Shown here in pieces: positions 37,621-47,928 of a DNA stretch of 64,000 bases (position 1 is the first letter of the stretch; each line of letters opens with the position of its first letter). The notes below the pieces were generated by a model that saw only the letters and a list, made by a program, of their open reading frames with translations, was not told the DNA's origin and ran no database searches. The DNA lies in the NCBI GenBank assembly GCA_036677065.1, contig JAKFBS010000002.1, forward strand, positions 768,001-832,000, read 5' to 3'. Source of the stretch: Bdellovibrio sp. GTDB taxonomy: Bacteria > Bdellovibrionota > Bdellovibrionia > Bdellovibrionales > Bdellovibrionaceae. The translations under genes were made by a program, and so were the position numbers.

Positions 37621-38442
37621 TTACGTTTCTAGATCGAAGCTTCCGGTTTTGCGCAATTGGCCCACGACCTGGTCGACTTCTAATTCTTTTTCGAACTCCA
37701 CCACAAGCGAGCCATCAATCAAGATCTTAGGGTTAATCGCTAATTTTAGAACTTCACGATAAACTTTTTTCGCAGTTGGATTTTTGCGGGCATTTTTTAA
37801 ATAAGTAATTACATTTGATAAAACGATAAACGGGTAGAAAATCAAAAACCAGCAAAACGCACTGAATTTAAATTCTGAGAAGTGAATGTTTTTTATTTTA
37901 AAACCAGTTAATTTACCCATAAGACGTAACTTTTGAATGCCGACTAAAAACACGTGTCCTAAATAGATTTCGTTATCTTTTACGTTTTGATTTAACCAGA
38001 TAGAATCAACTTCATTCGGCGCCATATAACGATTAAATCTTTCAGACTCAGTTAATAAATAACTAAGTTTAGCGACGATATTTGAATAATTCGGAGTAGT
38101 TACGATTAAAGTTCCACCCATTTTTAAAATGTGTGAAAAGTTTTTTAAACTTTTTAACTGATCTGAAAAGTGCTCAATACCCTCTTGACATAAAATCATA
38201 TCAACCGAGTTCTTTTCTAATGGAAGGCCGGTCATAGCATCGGCTTTAATGCATTTTAAACTCGGGTATTTAAAAAATTCAGGAAACAAATCAAAAGGTA
38301 AAACTTTGATGTTCCAGCTTTTTTCATTCAGATATTGAGAGATCACCCCTGAACCTGCAGGAAAATCCACAACGGTTTTACCTTTGAACAGGGTTTCATT
38401 AGAATTTACATAGGCTTTAAAAATTTCTTTAAAATCTCTCAT
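37621..38442 (-). CDS. Class I SAM-dependent methyltransferase
   Basis: VVDFPAGSG motif I, DMILCQEGIEH, ILKMGG.LIVTTPN. Confidence 0.88.
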   Translation of the reverse strand: MRDFKEIFKAYVNSNETLFKGKTVVDFPAGSGVISQYLNEKSWNIKVLPFDLFPEFFKYPSLKCIKADAMTGLPLEKNSVDMILCQEGIEHFSDQLKSLKNFSHILKMGGTLIVTTPNYSNIVAKLSYLLTESERFNRYMAPNEVDSIWLNQNVKDNEIYLGHVFLVGIQKLRLMGKLTGFKIKNIHFSEFKFSAFCWFLIFYPFIVLSNVITYLKNARKNPTAKKVYREVLKLAINPKILIDGSLVVEFEKELEVDQVVGQLRKTGSFDLET

Positions 38443-38457
38443 ATTTTTAACTTCAAT

Positions 38458-39540
38458 CTACGGCGATATAAAATCGCAATATTTTTTACTTTGGTCTTTA
38501 AACTTTTGTTTAAACATAGCCAACATTTTCTGCGTTAGGTTTTTAATTTCAGTTTTATCTTTAGCCCACTGGTTTAATTTTTGAACTAAATTGCTTTCAT
38601 CATAAAACAACGACCAGTCGTTAAATTCAGATTCATCTGAATAAGACTTATCAAGCAATAAAGGTTTTTCGATCATAATTGACAAAGAATAAGTACCTGA
38701 AATTTTATATTTTTTATACAGATCAAAATACCGATTTTTGGGTCCGATTAAAGTCATCAGTAAATCTGCTGAATCAATTTGGCTATAGACTTCATTTTGC
38801 GGAACAAAGTGATCATAGAAAGAAAAATTTTTTTCTAACCCTGCAGCTTTAACTTTTTCGATAAGGTCTTTGCCATCTTTTTTACCGGCATTGCCTAAAA
38901 TCACAAATTTTATGTTGCCCGCTAATTTTTCAGGCCCACTTGTTAATGTTTGGATTAAGTCTAAATAATCGCGGCGGTGAAATTCGACAAAACCCGGAAT
39001 CGCAATTTTTAATTCTTCGGGGTTTTCATTTTTCTTTAATTTGTAATCAGTCATGTTGATGTAAAACGAAGAAAATTTAAATTTATCAGAAACTTTGCCT
39101 TTAAGATTTTTAATCACGTAATCTGCCAAGACAAAGTATTTTTTAATTTTTAAATTAATCAACGATTGGGTCAGGCTTCCGAAAATAAATTTATCCGCAT
39201 TGTGATGAACACCGATAAACTCGGTTCTTAAAAATAAACCTAACAGAGAAAGCCACTTAACCGACTGCCCCTGCCCGTCGTTCATTACGGCATAATCCGC
39301 ATCGATTGATTTTAGTTGTTTGAACGCTGTCCAGATGGCTTTAAATTTTGAATGTTTGGGTAAAACTGTTGCTGACTTAATTAAGCCAGCCTGAACTAAA
39401 TCTTTTGGCAACCCTTGTATGACTTCTTCAGTTGAAATGACATGCATTTCAAAGCGGTCTTTTGCCAAATACAACTGCGCGATCATCACATCAATTTGCA
39501 GAGGAGAAAAATCTATCCAGACCGTTTTTTTTGCACTCAT
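38458..39540 (-). CDS. GT-B type glycosyltransferase (divergent)
   Basis: GVHHN, IAIPGFVEFHRRDY, FVPQ.E....I..ADLL, KISG.YSL...EKP. Confidence 0.65.
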   Translation of the reverse strand: MSAKKTVWIDFSPLQIDVMIAQLYLAKDRFEMHVISTEEVIQGLPKDLVQAGLIKSATVLPKHSKFKAIWTAFKQLKSIDADYAVMNDGQGQSVKWLSLLGLFLRTEFIGVHHNADKFIFGSLTQSLINLKIKKYFVLADYVIKNLKGKVSDKFKFSSFYINMTDYKLKKNENPEELKIAIPGFVEFHRRDYLDLIQTLTSGPEKLAGNIKFVILGNAGKKDGKDLIEKVKAAGLEKNFSFYDHFVPQNEVYSQIDSADLLMTLIGPKNRYFDLYKKYKISGTYSLSIMIEKPLLLDKSYSDESEFNDWSLFYDESNLVQKLNQWAKDKTEIKNLTQKMLAMFKQKFKDQSKKYCDFISP

Positions 39541-39611
39541 TCAGAACATAAGTTCACTTAAAACCAACACCCTGTCAATGAGCTGGAATTTAGCTTACTT
39601 TTAGGTCAGAA

Positions 39612-40583
39612 TTAGCGGCAAGTTCCTGTTTTAGGATCAGCCTCGATTTGCATGAACCACTTTTGAGACATCTGCGGACAGGCATCATGAAAGAAATTTA
39701 AACCAAACTGAACAGACGGGTTTTTACGATCCGGAGATTTGTTATTCGGGTAAATCGCGACAAATGTTTTTTGATTCGGATGTTGTAAAATAACATTCGT
39801 CGTTTTGCCGATTTGTTTTTGCGGATAATTCGCCAAATCGGCCACGCAACGTTTATTACCTTCGATAGCTACATATTTAAATGAAACTACTTTGTTATTC
39901 ACAATTTTAGCTTCCAACGTAGCAGCAAAAGATAAGCGAATACCATCGATAACATCGCCACTATAACTGCATTTGATATCTGCATTTAGGTCTTCTTTCA
40001 TTTGCCCGGTAGCACTTGTTTTAATTGTGCCTTTACCGCTGATCGGCCCCGCTTTTAATGTTGGTAATGGATCAGTAATACAATCCAAACACTCTGCCGT
40101 TTTTGGTTTTTTAATGGCTTGTAATTTATTTGTTGCTGCATTCATTGCATCTACCGCAGACCTTGCAGGAGCTACGTGCTCTTCTGGATCTGGCGAACGA
40201 AAAGCTGTGATCGGTTCGCGGGCTTCCATTCTTTCCGCGCGATCAGGAAATTTAGTGGCTGCTCCCATCGCAGTGAAAAAATTAAATAACGGACTTTGCA
40301 TGCTTTGCGAGGCCCACATTGTTTGCCCCATGTTAGGACCTGTCTGTGGCACGAATTGCATCGCATACTGGTTGTTTCCCATATTTACGGTTTGCAATAA
40401 ACGTAGACGGTCTTGTGGGCTAATCGTGGCCATTTGCAGTTGCTGTTGCGGCGTTAAGTTTTGCGGGTACATTTGGCGCATGTAAATATCAAGTTGGGGT
40501 GACGGCGCTGCAGGAACAGCTGTTGGCACTTGTGCTGCTGCATAAACTGCAAAAAATAAAACTAATCCAAGTATGATTTTCAC
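39612..40583 (-). CDS. Secreted hypothetical protein with Q/M/P-rich N-terminus and CxxC linker
   Basis: Signal peptide; GTG start with AGGAG; TAECLDC; Cys-containing beta-rich C-terminal domain. Confidence 0.7.
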   Translation of the reverse strand: MKIILGLVLFFAVYAAAQVPTAVPAAPSPQLDIYMRQMYPQNLTPQQQLQMATISPQDRLRLLQTVNMGNNQYAMQFVPQTGPNMGQTMWASQSMQSPLFNFFTAMGAATKFPDRAERMEAREPITAFRSPDPEEHVAPARSAVDAMNAATNKLQAIKKPKTAECLDCITDPLPTLKAGPISGKGTIKTSATGQMKEDLNADIKCSYSGDVIDGIRLSFAATLEAKIVNNKVVSFKYVAIEGNKRCVADLANYPQKQIGKTTNVILQHPNQKTFVAIYPNNKSPDRKNPSVQFGLNFFHDACPQMSQKWFMQIEADPKTGTCR

Positions 40584-40644
40584 AGCTCCTTTATCGACAA
40601 AAAGCAGAGTCGAATCAATGCGACTTCAGTCTAGAGTAGAGCCT

Positions 40645-41388
40645 CTATGAACCCCAACCTCCAGAAATACTGTAAGATTCGCCGGTAATCGTGCTGGCGC
40701 TATGAGAACATAGAAAATAGGTCAAATCGGCCACTTGGCTTGGCTGAGTCAGCTGCTTCACATGTTGAGCTTTAAGAAACACATTTTTTAAGACGTCGTC
40801 TTCGCTCATGTCGTTTAATTCCATTTGCGACTTAATTTGGTTACGCATTAAAGGTGTATCTACAAATCCTGGGCAAATGTTGTTGACCGTAATTCCAAAC
40901 TCAGCGCCCTCGATGGCCATGACTTTACTTAAACCGTGAACGCCGTGTTTAGCTGCCACATAGGCTGATTTGAACGGACTCGCCACTTTACCATGTACTG
41001 AACTAATGTTAACGATACGTCCAAATTTTTTATCTTTCATATCTTTAAAAACAGCACGCGAACAAAGAAATGTTCCTGTCAATAAAACACCGATTAACAG
41101 ATTCCATTTTTCCAGAGGATAATCTTCTATTGGACTCATGAATTGCAAACCGCAATTGTTTACTAAAATATCAGCTGTGCCCCATTGTTTTTTGACCTGT
41201 AAGTAGGCTTGCGCAACCGCGCTTTCGCTGCTGACATCACATTTAATAATCGGAAATCCTAAATCTTGTACTGGTACAGTGATATCCCAACCGATCGGTT
41301 GAATATTTTCAGACAACATTTTTTGCGCGATCGCTAAACCGATGCCACTTGAAGCACCTGTAATTATTGCAATTTTTTTTGAACTCAT
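40645..41388 (-). CDS. bdhA: 3-hydroxybutyrate dehydrogenase (SDR)
   Basis: TGASSGIG, GLQFMSPIE..P.EKW, SSVHG.VASPFKSAYVAAKHG, CPGFVDTPL. Confidence 0.85.
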   Translation of the reverse strand: MSSKKIAIITGASSGIGLAIAQKMLSENIQPIGWDITVPVQDLGFPIIKCDVSSESAVAQAYLQVKKQWGTADILVNNCGLQFMSPIEDYPLEKWNLLIGVLLTGTFLCSRAVFKDMKDKKFGRIVNISSVHGKVASPFKSAYVAAKHGVHGLSKVMAIEGAEFGITVNNICPGFVDTPLMRNQIKSQMELNDMSEDDVLKNVFLKAQHVKQLTQPSQVADLTYFLCSHSASTITGESYSISGGWGS

Positions 41389-41525
41389 GGGATTTCCTCT
41401 TCAAATTGTTGTGATATTTATGGCTTCTTCTATAGCAGTTGTCTACCATGTTGGCTATTCGTGTTATTGATTGTTTTATAGACGCGAGTCACCTACAAGA
41501 TGATTCAGGATTTAATCAAAAAATA

Positions 41526-42206
41526 ATGGAATTTTTAGTACACGGCGATATCGATAAAAACACAAAACATGTCGTCATCCTTTTACATGGATTTCCGGGG
41601 ATATCGACGAAACAAAATCGCGATCTAGCGCCTATTTGTTTTGAAAAACTTGATATTCCTACGGCCATTATTTTTTACCCAGGTCTTTCTATGAATCCTG
41701 GCAAATTTAAATACACCAAGACTTATGAGTTAATATGTCAGTTTATTCGCAGCTGTCTAGAAGTGAATAGCGATATTAAATTTTCTTTATTCGGCCATAG
41801 TTTTGGTGGCTATTTAAGTTTACGATTAGCCAAAGATTTTAATAAACATATTGAAAAAATTTTTCTATTATCCCCTTTATTACACGTAATAAGCGATCAG
41901 CTTTTAGAAGAACTTGTAACTAAATTATATACTGAGAATAGTCACCTTGAACGACATACGCTTGAAGAGTTTTATGAGGATCATAGAAAATTTATTCTAG
42001 GCTATGAACCAGATCATTTAAAGAAATATCTTTCGAATTTAAAAGTTAAACTTCTTCAATCTAAAGATGACAATATCACACCCACGCCAGTTGCAAAAAA
42101 TTACATCAAAGACACAACTATTCAGTACGAAGAATCATGGCAAGAACACGCATTTCTTAGCGATCGCCAAGAGGTTTTTGATAAAGTAGTTGCGTTTTTA
42201 AAGTGA
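41526..42206 (+). CDS. Alpha/beta hydrolase
   Basis: LLHGFPG, nucleophile elbow GHSFG, D and H near the C-terminus; start uncertain (ORF open from 41439). Confidence 0.8.
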   Translation: MEFLVHGDIDKNTKHVVILLHGFPGISTKQNRDLAPICFEKLDIPTAIIFYPGLSMNPGKFKYTKTYELICQFIRSCLEVNSDIKFSLFGHSFGGYLSLRLAKDFNKHIEKIFLLSPLLHVISDQLLEELVTKLYTENSHLERHTLEEFYEDHRKFILGYEPDHLKKYLSNLKVKLLQSKDDNITPTPVAKNYIKDTTIQYEESWQEHAFLSDRQEVFDKVVAFLK

Positions 42207-42809
42207 TTCTTGAATAAAAGTTAGATTCTTATCATCTAGAAGACCAACTGGCGTAATAATCGGCTCTTCAAGATCAAGCTCTTTACCGATAGCTGTTAGA
42301 CGATCTTCGATAAGTTTAGAAACATACGGGCCATCAAGCTTTAATTCTTTCATTTTTTGTAATCGTCCGACCGGAGTTCCCGTGACGTCGCGAAATACTT
42401 TGTAAACCAATTCACTGCAATAAATTCGGTCGTCAGAAAACTCGAAGAAAATATCATAAGGCTGGTTATACTTATACAAAGCCACATAAAGTCTTGGTAA
42501 CATTTTTTGCGAAAATTTTTGATTGCGCATCACTTTATAAGACTTACTTTTACTGCGACCGATAAAAGACTTTAATGAATTCACCTGTAACGGGCCAACA
42601 GATTCAGCCACGTGCCAATCGCCAGATTTTTTGATGATGATGCCCACGTGAGTCCAGATAGACTGAGTGCCTTCAGCAATTGCCGGTGCTTGTTCAGACT
42701 GGCTTTGAATTAAGATAATATCACCTTCAGCGATAACTTTTTCTAAAGGGATCATGGTCGCAAATGCAAAGTTTGAAATAAAGATAATAGACAAAACTAA
42801 TGTTTTCAT
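42198..42809 (-). CDS. YiiX/YebB permuted papain-like (NlpC/P60) amidase
   Basis: Signal peptide; EGDIILI, THVGII, PYD..F....+IYCSELV, ITP. Confidence 0.88.
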   Translation of the reverse strand: MKTLVLSIIFISNFAFATMIPLEKVIAEGDIILIQSQSEQAPAIAEGTQSIWTHVGIIIKKSGDWHVAESVGPLQVNSLKSFIGRSKSKSYKVMRNQKFSQKMLPRLYVALYKYNQPYDIFFEFSDDRIYCSELVYKVFRDVTGTPVGRLQKMKELKLDGPYVSKLIEDRLTAIGKELDLEEPIITPVGLLDDKNLTFIQESL

Positions 42810-42861
42810 ACGTGAACAGTATAGGCGTCATTTTTTGAACGAGGCAAACATTTAAGTCGTT

Positions 42862-43749
42862 CTACTGCGTCGTTCTTTGATAGAAAAACCACGCCACTGC
42901 TGTAAAAATCGACGTATTGGTATCACTTTTGTATAGCGGTGAAGCTGTATTTTCAGATTGGCCAAAATAGCTATGACTTGCCCCGAAAATAAAATTAAAA
43001 CGATTGTACTCATACAGGAAGCTCTGTCCGATCGACATTGAAGCTAATCCCGCTTCGGCATTGTAAGCGGCCCTGTCCGCGGTGGTGTAGACATTTTCCA
43101 CCTGATAGTAGTAATTTGCCACACGTTCGCTGAAAAACTCCACGGCTAAAGATGTCGAAGCCGTTAAATTTGGCACTAAGAAATTTAATTTTTGAAATCT
43201 TAATTCAGGTTCAAAAACAAAACCCAAAAAATCAGTTCTCCGAAAATCGGTCTCAAAAGTTAAGCGCAATGGAATTTGCAGTGTAAGTGAGGCGACTTTT
43301 GGTAGCCGCCATAACTTGTAATTCAAGCTTGGACCGGTTTCTAGCATGTAGTTTAAATTCGGCATTCCTACCCGAGCTTTGTTGTTTTCGCTGTCACTGT
43401 TAAATCTAGCACCGAAACTTAGGTTGATTTCGACTTCTTGCGATTTAAATAATTCGGCACGCGTACCTTCTTCTTGATCTGATTTTAGAATATCACCACG
43501 ATAAACTATTAAAGGAAGCAGCAGGGTTTTTCGCGAATACTCATCAGCGGCCGGATAATCAGCAACCGAGCCAAATCCATAACCAACTCCAATTTCTAAC
43601 TCAGAAACTGTAGGTTTTTTTTCTTTTTGTAATTGAATATTTTTTTCGATTTCGATGATGTTAATTAGATCTTGATCAATGCTTTGAGCCCGCAATAGCG
43701 GGCTCAAAAAGATAACATAGGCTAAAGCGATTAAATAGCGACTATTCAT
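42862..43749 (-). CDS. MipA/OmpV family outer-membrane protein
   Basis: GVGYG....DYP.AD, LP...YRG, R.GMP.L...LE.GP, YYY.V, SPL; ATG 43749 overlaps the pilR stop. Confidence 0.75.
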   Translation of the reverse strand: MNSRYLIALAYVIFLSPLLRAQSIDQDLINIIEIEKNIQLQKEKKPTVSELEIGVGYGFGSVADYPAADEYSRKTLLLPLIVYRGDILKSDQEEGTRAELFKSQEVEINLSFGARFNSDSENNKARVGMPNLNYMLETGPSLNYKLWRLPKVASLTLQIPLRLTFETDFRRTDFLGFVFEPELRFQKLNFLVPNLTASTSLAVEFFSERVANYYYQVENVYTTADRAAYNAEAGLASMSIGQSFLYEYNRFNFIFGASHSYFGQSENTASPLYKSDTNTSIFTAVAWFFYQRTTQ

Positions 43750-45148
43750 CGTCCATTTCATCATCACCCATGACACCTAAACTGTATTTTTCAACACGGT
43801 AACGCATAGATCTGAATGAAATTTTTAATAATTTAGCCGCTTTTTTCTTCACGCCGTTTGACGCATGAATGGCTTTAATTAATAATTCTTTTTCAATTTG
43901 CCCAACAACTTTATCAAGATCTAAGCCATCATCACCAATTTCGATTTCATTCGATGATGCCATCTTACGACCTGAAGTCGTGTTCACCATTGGTGGTAAA
44001 GATTCAGGTAAAATAGTCGACCCTGCCTCTAAAGCCACCGTGCGTTCGATCATATTTTCTAATTCACGCACGTTACCCGGATAGTTGTACTTTTTAAGAA
44101 CATCCATCGCTTCAACCGAGATCGTTTGAATTTGTTTGTTCAGCTTATCATTATATTTCTTTAAAAAGTGATTCGCTAAAAGTGGAATATCGTCTGCACG
44201 ATCACGTAACGGCGGAGATTTAATACCGATAACATTTAAACGATAATATAAATCTTGGCGGAAGGTGCCTTTGGCAACCATGTCTTCAAGATTTCTATTT
44301 GTCGCAGCGATAATGCGCACTTCAACTTTATTATCATCAGTAGCACCCACACGACGGATAATTCTTTCCTGAATCGCACGAAGTAATTTAACCTGGATTG
44401 AAGCTGGCAATTCACCGACCTCATCTAAGAATAAAGTTCCGCCGTCAGCCACTTCAAATAAACCCGCTTTATCAGCAATGGCTCCTGTGAAAGACCCTTT
44501 TTTATGACCAAACATTTCTGATTCCATTAAGTTTTCAGGAATCGCTCCGCAGTTAACTGTAACAAATGGCTTATCTTTAAGCGGACCATTGTAATGGATG
44601 GCTTTAGCGATAACCTCTTTACCCGTACCAGATTCACCCGTAATTAATACATTCGTAGGCGCTTGTGACACGCGCTGGATTAAATTAAATACAGCGTGCA
44701 TCGCATCCGAATTACCGATCATATTTTGAAATGAGTACTCTTTGACTAATTCTTTTTTAAGAACGCGCACTTCAGTTTCTAAGTTTTTAGATCTTAACGC
44801 GTTTGCGATATTTAAGCGCACTTCGTCGATTTTAAAAGGCTTAGTTAAATAATCATACGCGCCAAGTTTCATCGCTTCGACAGCAGTTTCAGTTGTGCCG
44901 AAGGCTGTGATAATCATAAATACTAAATCAGGATAGTTTTCACGAACATGGCGAAGTAATTCGATCCCTGTCACGTTAGGCATTTGCATGTCAGAAATGA
45001 CCATATCAAATGATTTTTTTGTTAAAATTTCTTTAGCCTTAGCCCCATCTTCTGCAGTGGTAACTTCATAGCCCTCTTTTTTTAGCATGATCTCGAGAAA
45101 CTCTCGGATTGATTCTTCGTCGTCTACTACTAAAATGCGTGATTTCAT
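43742..45148 (-). CDS. pilR: sigma54-dependent response regulator PilR
   Basis: Receiver, AAA+ (GESGTGKE, GSFTGA, FLDEVGE) and HTH domains; downstream of pilC-pilS. Confidence 0.88.
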   Translation of the reverse strand: MKSRILVVDDEESIREFLEIMLKKEGYEVTTAEDGAKAKEILTKKSFDMVISDMQMPNVTGIELLRHVRENYPDLVFMIITAFGTTETAVEAMKLGAYDYLTKPFKIDEVRLNIANALRSKNLETEVRVLKKELVKEYSFQNMIGNSDAMHAVFNLIQRVSQAPTNVLITGESGTGKEVIAKAIHYNGPLKDKPFVTVNCGAIPENLMESEMFGHKKGSFTGAIADKAGLFEVADGGTLFLDEVGELPASIQVKLLRAIQERIIRRVGATDDNKVEVRIIAATNRNLEDMVAKGTFRQDLYYRLNVIGIKSPPLRDRADDIPLLANHFLKKYNDKLNKQIQTISVEAMDVLKKYNYPGNVRELENMIERTVALEAGSTILPESLPPMVNTTSGRKMASSNEIEIGDDGLDLDKVVGQIEKELLIKAIHASNGVKKKAAKLLKISFRSMRYRVEKYSLGVMGDDEMDDE

Positions 45149-45167
45149 CTGTGTCTCCTAGTTGTCT

Positions 45168-46700
45168 TTATGCTCTTTTAAACTTTAAAATAAATTCTGT
45201 ACCGGTACCCATTTCACTATGAATCTGAATTTGCGTTTGATGACTTTCAAGCACCTTGTGAGTGATTGCCAGCCCAAGCCCCGTGCCTTTGGGCTTTGTT
45301 GTGTAAAACGGTTCGAAAATTCGTTTTTTAACTTCTTCGGGCATTCCGCTTCCGTTATCTTTAATTGATAAAACCACTTCATCGCCAAAAGTTTCTAATC
45401 TGATTTCAAGAATGGGTTTTTCATTATTCATCATCGCTTGCACAGCGTTCATCGAAATATTTAAAAAGGCCTGCTTAAGTTTATCTGAAAAACCAAAAAT
45501 TACACCAGAATTTACTTTTGCGATCAATTCCAGTTGTTTTGGCGTGTGAGGGCTAGCTTTGATATTGTTAATCACATCATTCATCACATAAGCCAGGTCA
45601 ACTTTTTGATCAGGACGTGTTTCAGGTTTTGAATAATCTAAAAATTCAGTAATTAAATTATTTAAACGATCGATTTCTCTTAAAATGATCTTCATTAGCT
45701 TTTGATCATCAGGATTCTGTGTTTCATGTGATAGTAATTCAATACTGCCGCTAATCCCTGCTAAAGGATTTCTGATCTCGTGGGCGATACCTGCTGCCAA
45801 TTGACCAATAGCCGCTAATTTTTCACGCTGGCGCATTTGGTCTTGCAGATGTTTAACTTCAGTCACATCTTTTAACATCATTAAATTAACTGTTTCATTA
45901 AGGTAAACGTCTTGGTAGCTGGCTTGATTAACTTCATAAATCTTTTTTTCTTGCAGCTGGGCATTAAAATAAGAAAATTCGCTCTGCACACGATCTTGGG
46001 TTTGGGTAAAAATAGTACGCAAATCGTGAATAGATAAATGCAAACGTTCAGTCAGATTTTTATTCGCGAATAACAAATCATTGCTATTATTAAATGCCGT
46101 TAAGCCTGTTGGCATTTGCTGAATTAAAATCTCAGAGAATTCTTCGCGCGACCGAAGTTTGCGACTTACCGAGCTTAATTCTGTATGTAAATCTTTAAGC
46201 TGAACGCGAAATTGCTGTGAAATAATTGAAACTGTAATAAATGAAAAATTAAATAAAACTAACGTAAATAAATTTTGAATGCCTTCCCAGCGAACCGACA
46301 ACAAATTAACTAATGATAGACTTAGCGAGCTGAATACTGTAAGCAATACAGACGCATTCTTGGGTAACTCAGAACCTGCAATAAACAATAAAATTAGCAA
46401 GACAATCAGATTAAAGCTAGATAACACCGAATGCTGTGCCATTAAGTAGAACAAAATTGAAAAATCAAAAATATACGATAGCACATGATTTTTGCTGTTG
46501 GCGTAGTACAACAGTAAATGGTGCCCGAAGAACAATAGGACCGCCGCATAAAAATGAATTAAAAAACCCACCTGTAAGAACGGCGCTTGCGACAAAATCG
46601 CCAATTGAAAAAGAATACAGTACAAAAATAATACTACAGCTCGCCAATCGCGAGCCGTTAATGAATTTAAGTACTGTTCGATTTGAATTCTATTGAGCAA
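45168..46700 (-). CDS. pilS: Sensor histidine kinase PilS
   Basis: Multi-TM N-terminus, AHEIRNPL, DNGSG, FEPFYTTK..GTGLGL; TTG start at 46700 after GGAGA. Confidence 0.85.
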   Translation of the reverse strand: MLNRIQIEQYLNSLTARDWRAVVLFLYCILFQLAILSQAPFLQVGFLIHFYAAVLLFFGHHLLLYYANSKNHVLSYIFDFSILFYLMAQHSVLSSFNLIVLLILLFIAGSELPKNASVLLTVFSSLSLSLVNLLSVRWEGIQNLFTLVLFNFSFITVSIISQQFRVQLKDLHTELSSVSRKLRSREEFSEILIQQMPTGLTAFNNSNDLLFANKNLTERLHLSIHDLRTIFTQTQDRVQSEFSYFNAQLQEKKIYEVNQASYQDVYLNETVNLMMLKDVTEVKHLQDQMRQREKLAAIGQLAAGIAHEIRNPLAGISGSIELLSHETQNPDDQKLMKIILREIDRLNNLITEFLDYSKPETRPDQKVDLAYVMNDVINNIKASPHTPKQLELIAKVNSGVIFGFSDKLKQAFLNISMNAVQAMMNNEKPILEIRLETFGDEVVLSIKDNGSGMPEEVKKRIFEPFYTTKPKGTGLGLAITHKVLESHQTQIQIHSEMGTGTEFILKFKRA

Positions 46701-47925
46701 CAGTATCTCCCATTTGGAAAATCGGTAAATACATCGCAACTAGAATAAAACCAATGGCTCCACCCAGAACGATCATTAAAATTGGCTCAATCAACGAGGT
46801 CATACCGCGAATGGCATTTTCAACTTCATCTTCGTAGAAATCAGCAATTTTACCTAACATGGCATCCAAGGCACCTGTCTGCTCACCGATGGCCACCATT
46901 TGCGAAACCATTTGTGGGATTTCTTTTTGTCTAGAAAGCGGCAAATGAAATGGGCGACCTACTGAAATCGACTCTTTACAACTCTTAAGTGCATTTTCGA
47001 TAACACAATTACCAGCTGTATTGGCAGCGATATCAATTGATTCAAGCATACTGATACCTGATGACAATAGCGTCGACATGGTACGCGATAAACGCGCCAC
47101 GCTGGATTTTTGCACGACATCACCAAAAATCGGCGCGTTGATTAAAAATTTATCCAGAACTTGTCGGCCTTCTTTGCTGGCAAAAAATGAAATGATAAAA
47201 TAAGTAGCCACGAATAAAACTGCAATAATAGCTAACCAGTTATTTCTTAAAGCATCTGAAAAGTTAATTAAAAGTTGTGTTAACCCCGGAAGGTCTTTAC
47301 CACTTGATTTATAAAGCTCTTGGAACTTTGGAATAATAAATACAATAATACCTGTAATAACCGCAATCGCAGCAAACACGATCACCATCGGCATCATCAT
47401 GGCACTTTTGATTTGATTTTTAATCTTTTCATTTTTTTCAGAATAGATTGATAACCGATTTAAAATTACATCGATGATACCGGCTTCTTCACCCGCACGA
47501 ATCATATTACAATAAAGATCATCAAATACACGCGGATAAGCCTTCATTGAATCAGATAATCTTTTACCTGTTTCAATCGACGCTTTAATTTGAATAATCG
47601 CTTCTTTGATCAATTTATCAGAAGTTGATTCAGAAAGAATTTTTAAAGCGTCGACAATCGGAATACCCGAGTTAATTAGAGTCGCAAATTGGCGGGTAAA
47701 GATTTGTAAATCTTTAGTTTTAACTTTTGGCGCAAAAAAGGCCCCAAGTGCCCCAATATCATGAGCCCCTTTTTTAGTAGCCGTACTAGCCACTACTTTT
47801 AAAGTCATCGGCATTAATTGTTTTGCACGCAAACGAACTTTTGCTTCAGGTTCGTCTTTGGCGTCAATATAACCGGTCTGAATTTTTCCGCTCAGTGAGC
47901 GGGCCTGGAATTGATACTTTGCCAT
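46690..47925 (-). CDS. pilC: Type IV pilus inner-membrane platform protein
   Basis: FTRQFATLINSGIP, AGEEAG, IGEQTG, EPILM..AMYLPIF. Confidence 0.95.
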   Translation of the reverse strand: MAKYQFQARSLSGKIQTGYIDAKDEPEAKVRLRAKQLMPMTLKVVASTATKKGAHDIGALGAFFAPKVKTKDLQIFTRQFATLINSGIPIVDALKILSESTSDKLIKEAIIQIKASIETGKRLSDSMKAYPRVFDDLYCNMIRAGEEAGIIDVILNRLSIYSEKNEKIKNQIKSAMMMPMVIVFAAIAVITGIIVFIIPKFQELYKSSGKDLPGLTQLLINFSDALRNNWLAIIAVLFVATYFIISFFASKEGRQVLDKFLINAPIFGDVVQKSSVARLSRTMSTLLSSGISMLESIDIAANTAGNCVIENALKSCKESISVGRPFHLPLSRQKEIPQMVSQMVAIGEQTGALDAMLGKIADFYEDEVENAIRGMTSLIEPILMIVLGGAIGFILVAMYLPIFQMGDTVAQ

Positions 47926-47928
47926 ATT

